From an uncultured Candidatus Marinamargulisbacteria bacterium (GTDB taxonomy: Bacteria > Margulisbacteria > Riflemargulisbacteria > GWF2-35-9 > DYQY01), in contig CAYSAQ010000002.1 of assembly GCA_964429235.1 (NCBI GenBank), positions 8,441 through 72,440 of the forward strand: 64,000 nt of DNA, written 5' to 3'. The position numbers and the translations under genes are program-made. Numbering within the stretch: the stretch's first letter is position 1; each line of letters opens with the position of its first letter. Shown here piece after piece: positions 50,701 through 58,264 of this stretch. Below the pieces are notes generated by a model. That model made no database searches. It saw only the letters and a program-made list of their open reading frames with translations, and was not told the origin of the DNA.

Positions 50701-52505
50701 GTGATTATAAGGAAGCATTACAGTTCGTAGAGGATTACTTCCAGCTTAATTACAGTTCTTTTTTAAATAAATATTTTAAAGGTAGTAAACAAAAAGAAAT
50801 AAAAAGAAACATAACCCCTGCGAAGTTTAAACAACTTTTTGGTGAATTGTCTCCAGCACAATTAGCTATTATTAATGATGACAGTTCTCCTTATATTGCA
50901 GTAGCAGCTGGCCCAGGAAGTGGTAAAACAAGGGTATTAGTTCATAAACTTGCATCTTTATTATTGATGGAAGATGTAAAGCACGAGCAATTATTAATGG
51001 TAACTTTTTCAAGAGCGGCTGCAACAGAATTTAAGAAACGATTAATAGGATTAATTGGTAATGCTGCCTGTTTTATTGAAATAAACACTTTCCATGCTTA
51101 TTGTTTCGATTTGCTAGGAAAAGTTGGTTCACTTGAAAAATCACAAAGCATTATAAATGCGGCTGTAGAAAAGATTAAGAATAATGATATAGAACAAAAT
51201 CGTATTACAAAGGCAGTTCTAGTGATTGATGAAGCTCAAGATATGGATAGTCATGAATTTGAGTTAATAAAAGTATTAATGGAACATAACGAAGATATGA
51301 GAGTAATTGCTGTCGGAGATGATGATCAAAATATATATGAATTCAGGGGTGCAAGTTCTCAATATTTGGAGCAATTCATTACAGAGAAAAATGCCAAAAA
51401 AATTGAATTGGTTGAAAACTATCGGAGTAAGTCAAATCTTGTTGAATTTACAAATAAGTTTGTTGAAAAGATTCATAATCGTCTTAAAATAACTCCAATT
51501 ATTTCTAACACTACGGAAACAGGAGTGGTAAAGCTAATTAAGTATGCAAGTTCTAGTTTAATTACCCCAGTAGTTAACTATATAGCAAAATTAGAACTGA
51601 GAGGCACAACATGTATTTTAACTCATAAAAATTATGATGCATTGCAAATAGCAGGATTATTACTACAGAAAAATTTGCCTGCAAAGCTTATTCAAACAAA
51701 TGATAGTTTTAGTTTATATAATATGTTAGAAATCCGCTATTTTATTGAACAACTTAATTTTCGTGACGATAAATTTATTATCAGCGAAGAAAGTTGGGAA
51801 TTTGCTAAAAGGAAGTTGTGGGGAACATATCAGGAAAGCCCTAAAATTGATATATGTATCAATCTAATTAATGCTTTTGAGCAAAGCACGCCAAAAAAGA
51901 AATATCAATCAGATTTCGAGGTTTTTATAAGAGAATCAAAGCTTGAAGACTTTACTATTACGAACAGAGACACTATTTTTGTTTCAACGATTCATAAGGC
52001 AAAAGGTAAAGAGTTTGATAATGTGATATTAATGTTAAATGATTTTAGTTTGGATAGTAATGCTAGAAAGCGAGAGCTGTATGTCGCAATGACAAGAGCA
52101 AAACAAAATCTGATAATTCATTTAAACGGGAACTATTTAAATGACATTACCTGTCAAAACATAGATCAAGAAAATGATAATTATCAGTATGAGACATCAA
52201 ATTTGTTGATTATGCATCTATCATATAGAGACATTTGGTTGAGTTATTTTATTTCAAGGCAGGATATGGTTTCTAAGCTTAAAAGTGGAGGTATACTGAA
52301 AGCTGATAGTGAAGGGTGCATAGATAGCAATGGTAATTATATAGTTAAGTTCTCAAATAGTTTTAAAGAAAGAATAATAGGCTTTAAGAATAAAGGATAT
52401 GAGCTAATAGAGTCTAAAATAAATTATATTATATACTGGCAACCAGAAGAAAATTCTGATGAAATAAAAATAGTATTACCGGAGTTAAGGTTTGTGAAAA
52501 AATGA
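47709..52505 (+). CDS. Triple-fusion protein: DnaQ-like exonuclease + RecQ-type helicase + UvrD/REP-type helicase (1598 aa)
   Basis: N-terminus FIDTETD and GHNIIKHD (DEDD Exo I/II). FPTGGGKSVTFQVPAL and DEAHCFSAWGQDFR (RecQ core, aa 280-600). AAGPGSGKT at 50909-50929, VIDEAQDM, GDDDQNIYEFRGA, VSTIHKAKGKEFD and YVAMTRAK (UvrD core, aa 1060-1470). Confidence 0.85.
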   Translation: MNKIAFIDTETDAKGKRLLDIGAVDQDGSKFHSNSTVELLDFISRNDYLCGHNIIKHDLPCIEKVTSTDLSGALIIDTLFLSPLLFPTKPYHALLKDDKLQTDELNNPLNDAIKAKDLFYDEVSAFQDIDNDLKQIYFILLKNKEEFWGFFNFVNYSCPLIDIKTIIYERFKDKICLNSNLEKIIQENPVELAYSLALINTNSRYSITPPWVIKNYPGVERVLYLLRGNPCLQGCLYCNKSLDSRAGLKKYFGFDSYRSFEGKSLQEQAVNAAINNKSIVAVFPTGGGKSVTFQVPALMSGENVKGLTVVISPLQSLMKDQVDNLERSNITEAVTINGLLDPIERANSFERVENGAASMLYISPESLRSRSIERLLLGRNIVRFVIDEAHCFSAWGQDFRVDYLYIGDFIKSLQEKKNMESSIPVSCFTATAKQNVIQDIKDYFQEKLSLQMETFNTNPSRTNLTYKVIPKNNDEDKYETLRSLIDGKNCPAIIYVSRKIRAYKIAERLSSDGYLAKPYHGGMDKKEKSENQDAFVRGDVDIMVATSAFGMGVDKKDVGMIIHYEISDSLENYIQEAGRAGRDENIEADCYVLFNEEDLSKHFILLNQSKLNIKEIQQIWKAIKDITRFRSSVSNSALEIARKAGWDDSVFDIESRVKTAICALEEAGYLKRGQNMPRIFANSILSKNAEDAVNRINSSGIFNDRQKQHAVRIIKSLLSNKNTKNPNDEVAESKVDYISDRLGIVKEEVINVINLLREAKILADTKDLTAFIKKGEKKNRSLAIVHSISKIEKFLVSQFEQEEKSFHIKELNELAEENGCADVSPKKIKDIINFWVIKNWIKRKQNDFSKNSLTIISNYSGTELEEKLNKRYELACFIVDYLYVKSNEAPSPIDCVVEEVLVEFSVHELKDAYEKNLLIKLSVTIPDVEDALFYLSKMDSIKIEGGFLVIYNKLTVERLEQDNKRKYKADDYKKLNLFYENKVQQIHIVGEYAKKMLSDYKEALQFVEDYFQLNYSSFLNKYFKGSKQKEIKRNITPAKFKQLFGELSPAQLAIINDDSSPYIAVAAGPGSGKTRVLVHKLASLLLMEDVKHEQLLMVTFSRAAATEFKKRLIGLIGNAACFIEINTFHAYCFDLLGKVGSLEKSQSIINAAVEKIKNNDIEQNRITKAVLVIDEAQDMDSHEFELIKVLMEHNEDMRVIAVGDDDQNIYEFRGASSQYLEQFITEKNAKKIELVENYRSKSNLVEFTNKFVEKIHNRLKITPIISNTTETGVVKLIKYASSSLITPVVNYIAKLELRGTTCILTHKNYDALQIAGLLLQKNLPAKLIQTNDSFSLYNMLEIRYFIEQLNFRDDKFIISEESWEFAKRKLWGTYQESPKIDICINLINAFEQSTPKKKYQSDFEVFIRESKLEDFTITNRDTIFVSTIHKAKGKEFDNVILMLNDFSLDSNARKRELYVAMTRAKQNLIIHLNGNYLNDITCQNIDQENDNYQYETSNLLIMHLSYRDIWLSYFISRQDMVSKLKSGGILKADSEGCIDSNGNYIVKFSNSFKERIIGFKNKGYELIESKINYIIYWQPEENSDEIKIVLPELRFVKK

Positions 52506-54007
52506 AAATTACAGCTTCACATCTTTATTCATACATCCAATGTCCTCATAGGATATGGCGGGACATTTATGGTCCTCAGCATGAAAAATCAAAAGAAGAT
52601 AACGCTTTTTTGCAAATGTTATGGGAAAAAGGTGTTGCACATGAAAAGAAAATAATAGATTTATTAGATGAGTTTGTTGATATATCTAAATTCCCAATAA
52701 GTAAAAGAAAAGAAGAAACTATTAAAGCCATAAAGGGTAAGGCACGGCACATCTATCAAGGAGTTATTGCTTATGATGATCTATACGGTATACCTGATTT
52801 GCTTGAGTTACAAGGTGATGGTTTTTATATGCCAGTTGATATTAAATCTGGTATAGGATATGAGGAAACTGACTTAGGTGATGCTAAGCTTAAGAAGCCT
52901 TATGCAGTACAACTTGCTTTATATGTTGAGATTCTTAATAAATTAGGAGTGCAGTCTTCAAAAGATGCATGTGTTTGGAATATAAATGCAGATCGTATTT
53001 TATATCAATTAGAACAACCACAGGGAGCAAGAACTCCTCAAACCTATTGGGAGCTGTATGAGGAGACAAAAAATAGTGTCAGGTTATTGATGCAAAATAA
53101 AAAACAAAATAAACCGGTTATTGCGGCAACATGCAAGGTTTGCCACTGGTACGAAAGTTGTAAGAATTGGTGTATAGATAATGACGATTTAACTAGAGTT
53201 TTTTATCTTGGCAGAACTAAGCGAGATGTATTTAATCAGGAATTAGGTGTGTTTTCTGTTGAAGATTTAGCGAAACAAGATGTGGTTGAGATATTAGCAA
53301 TAAAAAAAGAAAGAAAAGGAGCACTTCCAGGAATTGGCGAGACAAATTTGCCAAAATTCCTTCGAAGAGCCAAATTGCTGCAAGATGATGGGCTTCCTGT
53401 TTTGTACGAAATGGTGGCGTTCCCCAAAGTAGATTATGAGCTTTATTTTGATATAGAGACAGATCCTACACAGGACATAGTGTATTTGCATGGTTTTTAT
53501 GAGAGGAATTTGATAACGAATGAAACTAGATTTGTGTCATTTGTTGCTGAAAGTATTTCCGATGCAGCTGAGTCTACAGCATGGGCACAAGCTATTGAGT
53601 ATATACAAAGTTTCTCAGAAGATAATATGGCCATGTACTATTATTCAGCATATGAAAAGACTATGTATCGTCATCTGCAAGAAAAATATCCAGAAATAAT
53701 AACAGGAAGAGATCTTGATAAGTTATTTGCAAGAGAGAATGTTATCGATCTATATACGAATGTTGTATTTAAAAAGACGGATTGGCCTTTATCCAGTTAT
53801 TCAATAAAAGAAATAGCTGTATATTTAGGGTTTGCATGGCGGGACGAATCTCCTTCAGGAGCGCTTTCAATAAAGTGGTATAACGACTATTGTCAGGCAA
53901 GAGATGGAAAGCTCTTGCAGCGCATTTTAGATTATAATGAAGATGATTGTATAGCGACCATGATCGTAAAAGACGGCATAGAGAATATGCAAAAGAATAA
54001 ATCATAG
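52502..54007 (+). CDS. RecB-family nuclease (TM0106-like): Cas4-like PD-(D/E)xK N-domain plus RNase H-like C-domain
   Basis: Cys near the N-terminus (YIQCPHRIW). IPDLL..VDIKSG. QLALYVEIL. CKVCHWYESC cluster. C-terminal YFDIETDP exonuclease-like motif. Overlaps the upstream gene by 4 nt. Confidence 0.75.
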   Translation: MKITASHLYSYIQCPHRIWRDIYGPQHEKSKEDNAFLQMLWEKGVAHEKKIIDLLDEFVDISKFPISKRKEETIKAIKGKARHIYQGVIAYDDLYGIPDLLELQGDGFYMPVDIKSGIGYEETDLGDAKLKKPYAVQLALYVEILNKLGVQSSKDACVWNINADRILYQLEQPQGARTPQTYWELYEETKNSVRLLMQNKKQNKPVIAATCKVCHWYESCKNWCIDNDDLTRVFYLGRTKRDVFNQELGVFSVEDLAKQDVVEILAIKKERKGALPGIGETNLPKFLRRAKLLQDDGLPVLYEMVAFPKVDYELYFDIETDPTQDIVYLHGFYERNLITNETRFVSFVAESISDAAESTAWAQAIEYIQSFSEDNMAMYYYSAYEKTMYRHLQEKYPEIITGRDLDKLFARENVIDLYTNVVFKKTDWPLSSYSIKEIAVYLGFAWRDESPSGALSIKWYNDYCQARDGKLLQRILDYNEDDCIATMIVKDGIENMQKNKS

Positions 54008-54441
54008 TGCAAGGTCGAGATACTTTAACTAGATTCCTTGATGCTCAAGGATATATGTATGATCGAGCATTAAAAAGAGATAAAAGCTGGAAGAAAGCGT
54101 AGCCACTGGATGTGGCATGTATTTCCTCAGATAAAGGACTTGGGAAAAGCCCAACAGCTATTAAATATGCTATCCAGAGCAAACAAGAAGCAGAAGCATA
54201 TATTAATCATCCAGTTCTTGGCCCAAGATTAATAGAGATTTCAGAAGCTTTTATGGCGATTGAGGGGAAGACAGCTAATGAGATATTAGATTCCCCAGAT
54301 GACATAAAAATGAAGTCTTGTATGACATTGTTTAATCTTGTTAGTGATAATCCTATCTTGCAGAAGGTTATTGATAAGTATTACGAAGGCGAACAGGATG
54401 TTAAAACGTTAGAGATAATTAACAGCGTAGGGAAAGGTTAG
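54007..54441 (+). pseudogene. DUF1810 family gene interrupted by two compensating frameshifts
   Basis: Frame 0 from GTG 54007 reads VQGRDTLTRFLDAQGYMYDRALK. Frame +1 (54074-54136) reads KEIKAGRKRSHWMWHVFPQIK, the family hallmark. Frame 0 resumes at GLGKSPTAIKYAIQSKQEAEAYINHPVLGPRL. The shifts occur at the A5 run 54072-54076 and at AAAGG near 54133-54137. Confidence 0.7.
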
Positions 54442-54453
54442 GATTAAAATAAT

Positions 54454-54750
54454 ATGCAAGATATAGATAGTATAGAGTTTCAATATCTGGCAAATAATAG
54501 AGTTTGTCCTCAGCCCATGAAGTGGAATGAGCTTTATAGTTTATTGCCAAGTAATCAAAACATGAAGGGTAATGGAGCTGAAGCTTCTCCTCCATTGATA
54601 CTAAGCGCATGGTGGCATAGTTCTGATCAAGATAAAAGAATTCGTTTTTTAGGGCACCTTAAGTGGGCTGAGGATAACGATGTAATAGATGCAGTATCTA
54701 AATTCTTAGATAGGTTAAATGAAGAAGATTGGTATCATTTTGGTGAGTAA
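54454..54750 (+). CDS. Hypothetical protein (98 aa)
   Basis: ORF track. No family recognised. Confidence 0.45.
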   Translation: MQDIDSIEFQYLANNRVCPQPMKWNELYSLLPSNQNMKGNGAEASPPLILSAWWHSSDQDKRIRFLGHLKWAEDNDVIDAVSKFLDRLNEEDWYHFGE

Positions 54751-54795
54751 TACATGCAGTATTATTCCTAAATAATAAATTAGAAGGAGACATTT

Positions 54796-55260
54796 ATGAC
54801 ATCATACTCTTATGTATTAAACCTAACAAAGGCAGAAGCTGATTTCTTAAAGATGGTTATAATATATGCATTGGGAGCTTATGATGCACTAGCTCCAGGT
54901 CCTAATGATAATCCCAAACCGTACGTACTGGAGGCATTTAAGGAAGGTTTGATTGAAATATTACGTCTCTTATCAAAAAGTAACAAATTGGTTGTTTCAG
55001 ATGTTGCCAGTCAGTATGGGCAACTAAGTAATATTATTGAAAGAACTTTAACATACTCCCAAATAATAGAAGATGATGACATTAAAGATTCTCTTGTTGT
55101 TTATTCTAATTATCTAGATAGCCTTCATAAACGTAATGAAAAAAAAGAGGTGACTTTTTGGGACAATGATTTAATTGGATTAAAATATCTTACCTCCACA
55201 AATCCTGATCTATGTGCCGCTATTATTGAGAAGCTTCATGGTTCGAGGTGTGGTATATGA
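54796..55260 (+). CDS. Hypothetical protein (154 aa)
   Basis: ORF track. GGAG upstream. No family recognised. Confidence 0.5.
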   Translation: MTSYSYVLNLTKAEADFLKMVIIYALGAYDALAPGPNDNPKPYVLEAFKEGLIEILRLLSKSNKLVVSDVASQYGQLSNIIERTLTYSQIIEDDDIKDSLVVYSNYLDSLHKRNEKKEVTFWDNDLIGLKYLTSTNPDLCAAIIEKLHGSRCGI

Positions 55261-55736
55261 TTTTTAATCATGCTTTTTGACAATTCGGTGTTCAGAAAAT
55301 CATGATTGATTTTTACGCCGACTCTCCCTAAATCTAATCTATCAGCATCCCAGCAACATGCAATTGCAAGATTGTTAGTATGTTTTTTATCTGTATGATG
55401 AGCGCAAGCATAATATAGAAGGTCCAATTCCTGTTCATTTATTAAATTTGTTCCAGAGAGGTATGTTAATGCTAACTCGGCTCCTCTCAAACCATGGGCA
55501 TCGTCTTTGCCATCATTTACTCTTTGCGAATCATGAAATATGGCAAATAGTTCAATGACTACATTGCTTACGTTATAGTGTTTTGCAAGGTATAATCCGT
55601 TTTTTTTAACATTTTCCCAATGTTTAGGTCCATGTATTGTTGATAATTGGTTTTGTTGAGAAATAACATATTCCCATACAGTAGATAAGTCCATATGAAG
55701 TATTATACTATGACTGCCAGTATTCTTTAGTATCAA
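55236..55736 (-). CDS. HD-domain phosphohydrolase
   Basis: HGPKHW..FHDSQR..DDAHG..HHTD..WDADRLDLGR metal-ligand pattern. An alternative start at 55694 would remove the overlap with the upstream gene. Confidence 0.7.
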   Translation of the reverse strand: MILKNTGSHSIILHMDLSTVWEYVISQQNQLSTIHGPKHWENVKKNGLYLAKHYNVSNVVIELFAIFHDSQRVNDGKDDAHGLRGAELALTYLSGTNLINEQELDLLYYACAHHTDKKHTNNLAIACCWDADRLDLGRVGVKINHDFLNTELSKSMIKNHIPHLEP

Positions 55737-56409
55737 CGTTCATAATTGTTAACTTGCCATCAGGATATCCTGAACCAGTATCAATGTTCCAAATCTTGCC
55801 AATATTTATTGGAGTCGATTTGCCGTAGATAAGTGTTGATGTATGTCCAAGATAAATCTCGGAATACTTGGTTCTCTTTTGTTTGTTGGTCATAATAGCT
55901 GACGTAAAAAATGAACGATTACACATAAGCTCATCAGGTGTATTTTCCTCGATACTCAGTTCAATGTTGATGCCAGCATGGACAAACAATCGTTTCTTTT
56001 TGTCTAGATAATATGGTTTTGCATTTTTTAGTAAATCAATATGTTCTGGAGGTATATAATCATTGAAGTCCTCCTTCCCCATTTCCCATGCTCTAAAGAA
56101 TTTCATGTGCTCATCAGGTAGATTTGTGTAACTTTCAATAGTTTCAAGTCCGCCCTGTGTTAACCATGCTGTAGAACCTACACCTGTCATAATCCAGTCC
56201 AGAAACATCTGATCATGGTTACCTTGTATTAGTATTAAGTTTTTTATTGTTAGGAGCAGAGTAATGCATGCTTTCGTTTGGGTTCCCCTGTCACAGAGGT
56301 CGCCAAGTGAAATTAATTGGTCGATATCTTTATCAAAGTTAGCTTGGTTTAAGCAACTTTCGAGAGCTGATACATTTCCGTGGATATCTCCTATTACAAA
56401 AGTTTTCAT
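55708..56409 (-). CDS. Metallophosphoesterase (lambda/PrpE-like Ser/Thr phosphatase or ApaH-like)
   Basis: Start refined to MKTFVIGDIHGN. Motifs GDIHG, GDLCDRG, GNHD. The track ORF extends to 56514. Confidence 0.8.
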   Translation of the reverse strand: MKTFVIGDIHGNVSALESCLNQANFDKDIDQLISLGDLCDRGTQTKACITLLLTIKNLILIQGNHDQMFLDWIMTGVGSTAWLTQGGLETIESYTNLPDEHMKFFRAWEMGKEDFNDYIPPEHIDLLKNAKPYYLDKKKRLFVHAGINIELSIEENTPDELMCNRSFFTSAIMTNKQKRTKYSEIYLGHTSTLIYGKSTPINIGKIWNIDTGSGYPDGKLTIMNVDTKEYWQS

Positions 56410-56467
56410 AATAAATATTATACAAGGATATGTGTTGATACATAGTTTTTGATGGAAAAAGCAGAGG

Positions 56468-56914
56468 ATGAGACTAAAAAGAAAACTTACGTCGGTGTAT
56501 AATATAAAAGTCATGAAGAATAATCAAACAAATGATTCATTAAATATAGGCAAATTTTTTAGTAGTGGCGAGGACTTTGTAAGATTTTTTGTATCACTTA
56601 AAACAGTTGGCGTTTTATCTAAAGATGAAAAGTTTTATTCTACCCTAACAAAAACAGGAAAAGGATACTGGATTTTTCGTATAGATTCTCAAGATGGAGA
56701 AAAGTGGATTGGCGATTATATTCAATCAGTTAAACCTACAAAACAAAACTTAGAGATAATAAACCAAGGCTATCGTACATTATTCGAGAGATTGATGATT
56801 TATCGCAAAACAAATAATTATGACTTAGTCCCAGAAGAGCCTCCAGCATTTGGCGAGATAACGCTTAATGACCCTCCCGAATACGGGGAAATAATACCGA
56901 ATATTGATGAGTAA
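56468..56914 (+). CDS. Hypothetical protein
   Basis: ORF track. The start is more likely the Met at 56513. The C-terminus has a short tandem PPxxGEI motif (PPAFGEI..PPEYGEI). Confidence 0.45.
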   Translation: MRLKRKLTSVYNIKVMKNNQTNDSLNIGKFFSSGEDFVRFFVSLKTVGVLSKDEKFYSTLTKTGKGYWIFRIDSQDGEKWIGDYIQSVKPTKQNLEIINQGYRTLFERLMIYRKTNNYDLVPEEPPAFGEITLNDPPEYGEIIPNIDE

Positions 56915-56928
56915 TTACAGAGCACGCA

Positions 56929-57450
56929 ATGACTAATACAAATAAACCTAATAAAGATAACACACCTTCTGAGTTTAGTTTGTTAATGGAGAATGGTTTG
57001 CCAAGCAGAGTCTCGGCCATATTGCTTTCTGATGGCAGAGAGGTCTATATTAATCAATTGATTCAATATATTAAAGATTATGATGTATTAGTAGGAGTTA
57101 CAACTGCAGAAATAAACAAAGAGCTAATTGAAGATGCTTTAACTGATGCAAAAGATAGCATCGGGGGTGCATCTAAGCCGCTGCTCATACCACCGGTAAT
57201 GTTAGAACCAAAATTTACGGAGAAGGATAGGCAAAAATACCTCTTTGCAGAAGACCCTCAAATTCTTCCAGAAGTTACATGTGTTGCTTCTCTTGATTCT
57301 AATGTGCCTGTAAAGGATGTTTCAGCAGATGGGGCACAATTAACAATTGTTTGGTTTCAAGATCAATACGCATTTCCGATTGCCCCACATATTATTAAAC
57401 ATATAAGTGAATTAGATTGGGATAATGTTGCCACTGACTATAATTTTTAA
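56929..57450 (+). CDS. Hypothetical protein (173 aa)
   Basis: ORF track. No family recognised. Confidence 0.45.
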   Translation: MTNTNKPNKDNTPSEFSLLMENGLPSRVSAILLSDGREVYINQLIQYIKDYDVLVGVTTAEINKELIEDALTDAKDSIGGASKPLLIPPVMLEPKFTEKDRQKYLFAEDPQILPEVTCVASLDSNVPVKDVSADGAQLTIVWFQDQYAFPIAPHIIKHISELDWDNVATDYNF

Positions 57451-57519
57451 ATATCCTAATATGAGCTTGAATATTTATTGTCAGTAACTGCAAAAGAAAC
57501 ATAAAAAAAGGAGAATAAC

Positions 57520-58116
57520 ATGGCCGTTTTAGTAGAAGCACTTTCAGTAATTATCAAGGCAGATTCTATATTAAAGAAATATAAAGGTGGGTGGGAAGCA
57601 TTTAAGCAAGATCTACCAAATAATACACTTTGCGCAGATACCGAATTGGTTAGAGTTGGATTTATGTCGCCAAACGATGTTGGAGTGTTTATTGATAAAC
57701 TTAAAGCAAAAGGGTTTGTTCATTTGGAAAATAATACAGCGATAGATTTGGTAGTGATTGACCAACAAGAAGGAAGCACAAGCAGCTGTGAATGGGCAGA
57801 GTATGGACATATATCCCTAAAAGATAGTAAACAAGAAGTTGCTGCTTGCAGGTTAAAAGGGAGCAGTATTTCTCAAATTATATATCCTGAAGGGTGGAAA
57901 TATGAAACATCACTTAGTAATTCATATGTATACATGACTCCAGGAGAGGAAGAAGGTTCAATTAAAATACTTAACCATTCAAAAGAAGAAGACGGGACAA
58001 GGACAGATATTTCTAATGTTCCATTATACTGTGGAGAAGCTTTTCCAGATAAAGATAAAACTTATAAAGATAGGTTATTTGATTTAGGTAGAAAAATAAG
58101 AGGCTGGGGTAAATAG
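57520..58116 (+). CDS. Hypothetical protein (198 aa)
   Basis: ORF track. AGGAGA upstream. No family recognised. Confidence 0.5.
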   Translation: MAVLVEALSVIIKADSILKKYKGGWEAFKQDLPNNTLCADTELVRVGFMSPNDVGVFIDKLKAKGFVHLENNTAIDLVVIDQQEGSTSSCEWAEYGHISLKDSKQEVAACRLKGSSISQIIYPEGWKYETSLSNSYVYMTPGEEEGSIKILNHSKEEDGTRTDISNVPLYCGEAFPDKDKTYKDRLFDLGRKIRGWGK

Positions 58117-58144
58117 TCAAACGAAGACAACGATTACGCTACAT

Positions 58145-58202
58145 TATCCCACTCCTCAAAAACTCTCTGTAGGTTCGGAATAACGTCCAACTCTGTCCAC
58201 CA
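58145..58202. repeat. 58-nt direct repeat copy A (3' part resembles the tRNA-Tyr T-arm/acceptor end)
   Basis: 51/58 nt identical to 59636-59693. It contains GTAGGTTCG..AAT....CTGTCCACCA, compared with GTAGGTTCGAATCCTACCCTGTCCACCA in the tRNA. Confidence 0.7.
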
Positions 58203-58264
58203 ACTAAACCTTTTCCTAATTTAGCTGTGAAAATTATTACTAAATAGACTCAATTAAATGAACA

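Larger units (their letters stand above)
27999..58202. mobile_element. Integrated genomic island / integrative element at tRNA-Tyr
   Basis: The left edge is the tRNA-recombinase overlap. The interior carries a recombinase, an XRE repressor, a prim-pol and defence-type cargo. The right edge is inferred from the tRNA-3'-end-like repeat at 58145-58202, with a second copy at 59636-59693. The right boundary is uncertain. Confidence 0.5.

Noticed and set aside
55236-55736. HD-domain protein considered as a small alarmone hydrolase partnering the hydrolase-dead RSH.
   Set aside because: It lacks the Rel/Mesh1-type HD signatures (R-x-SGEPY, HDxxED). The genes are 4 kb apart on different sides of the putative island boundary.
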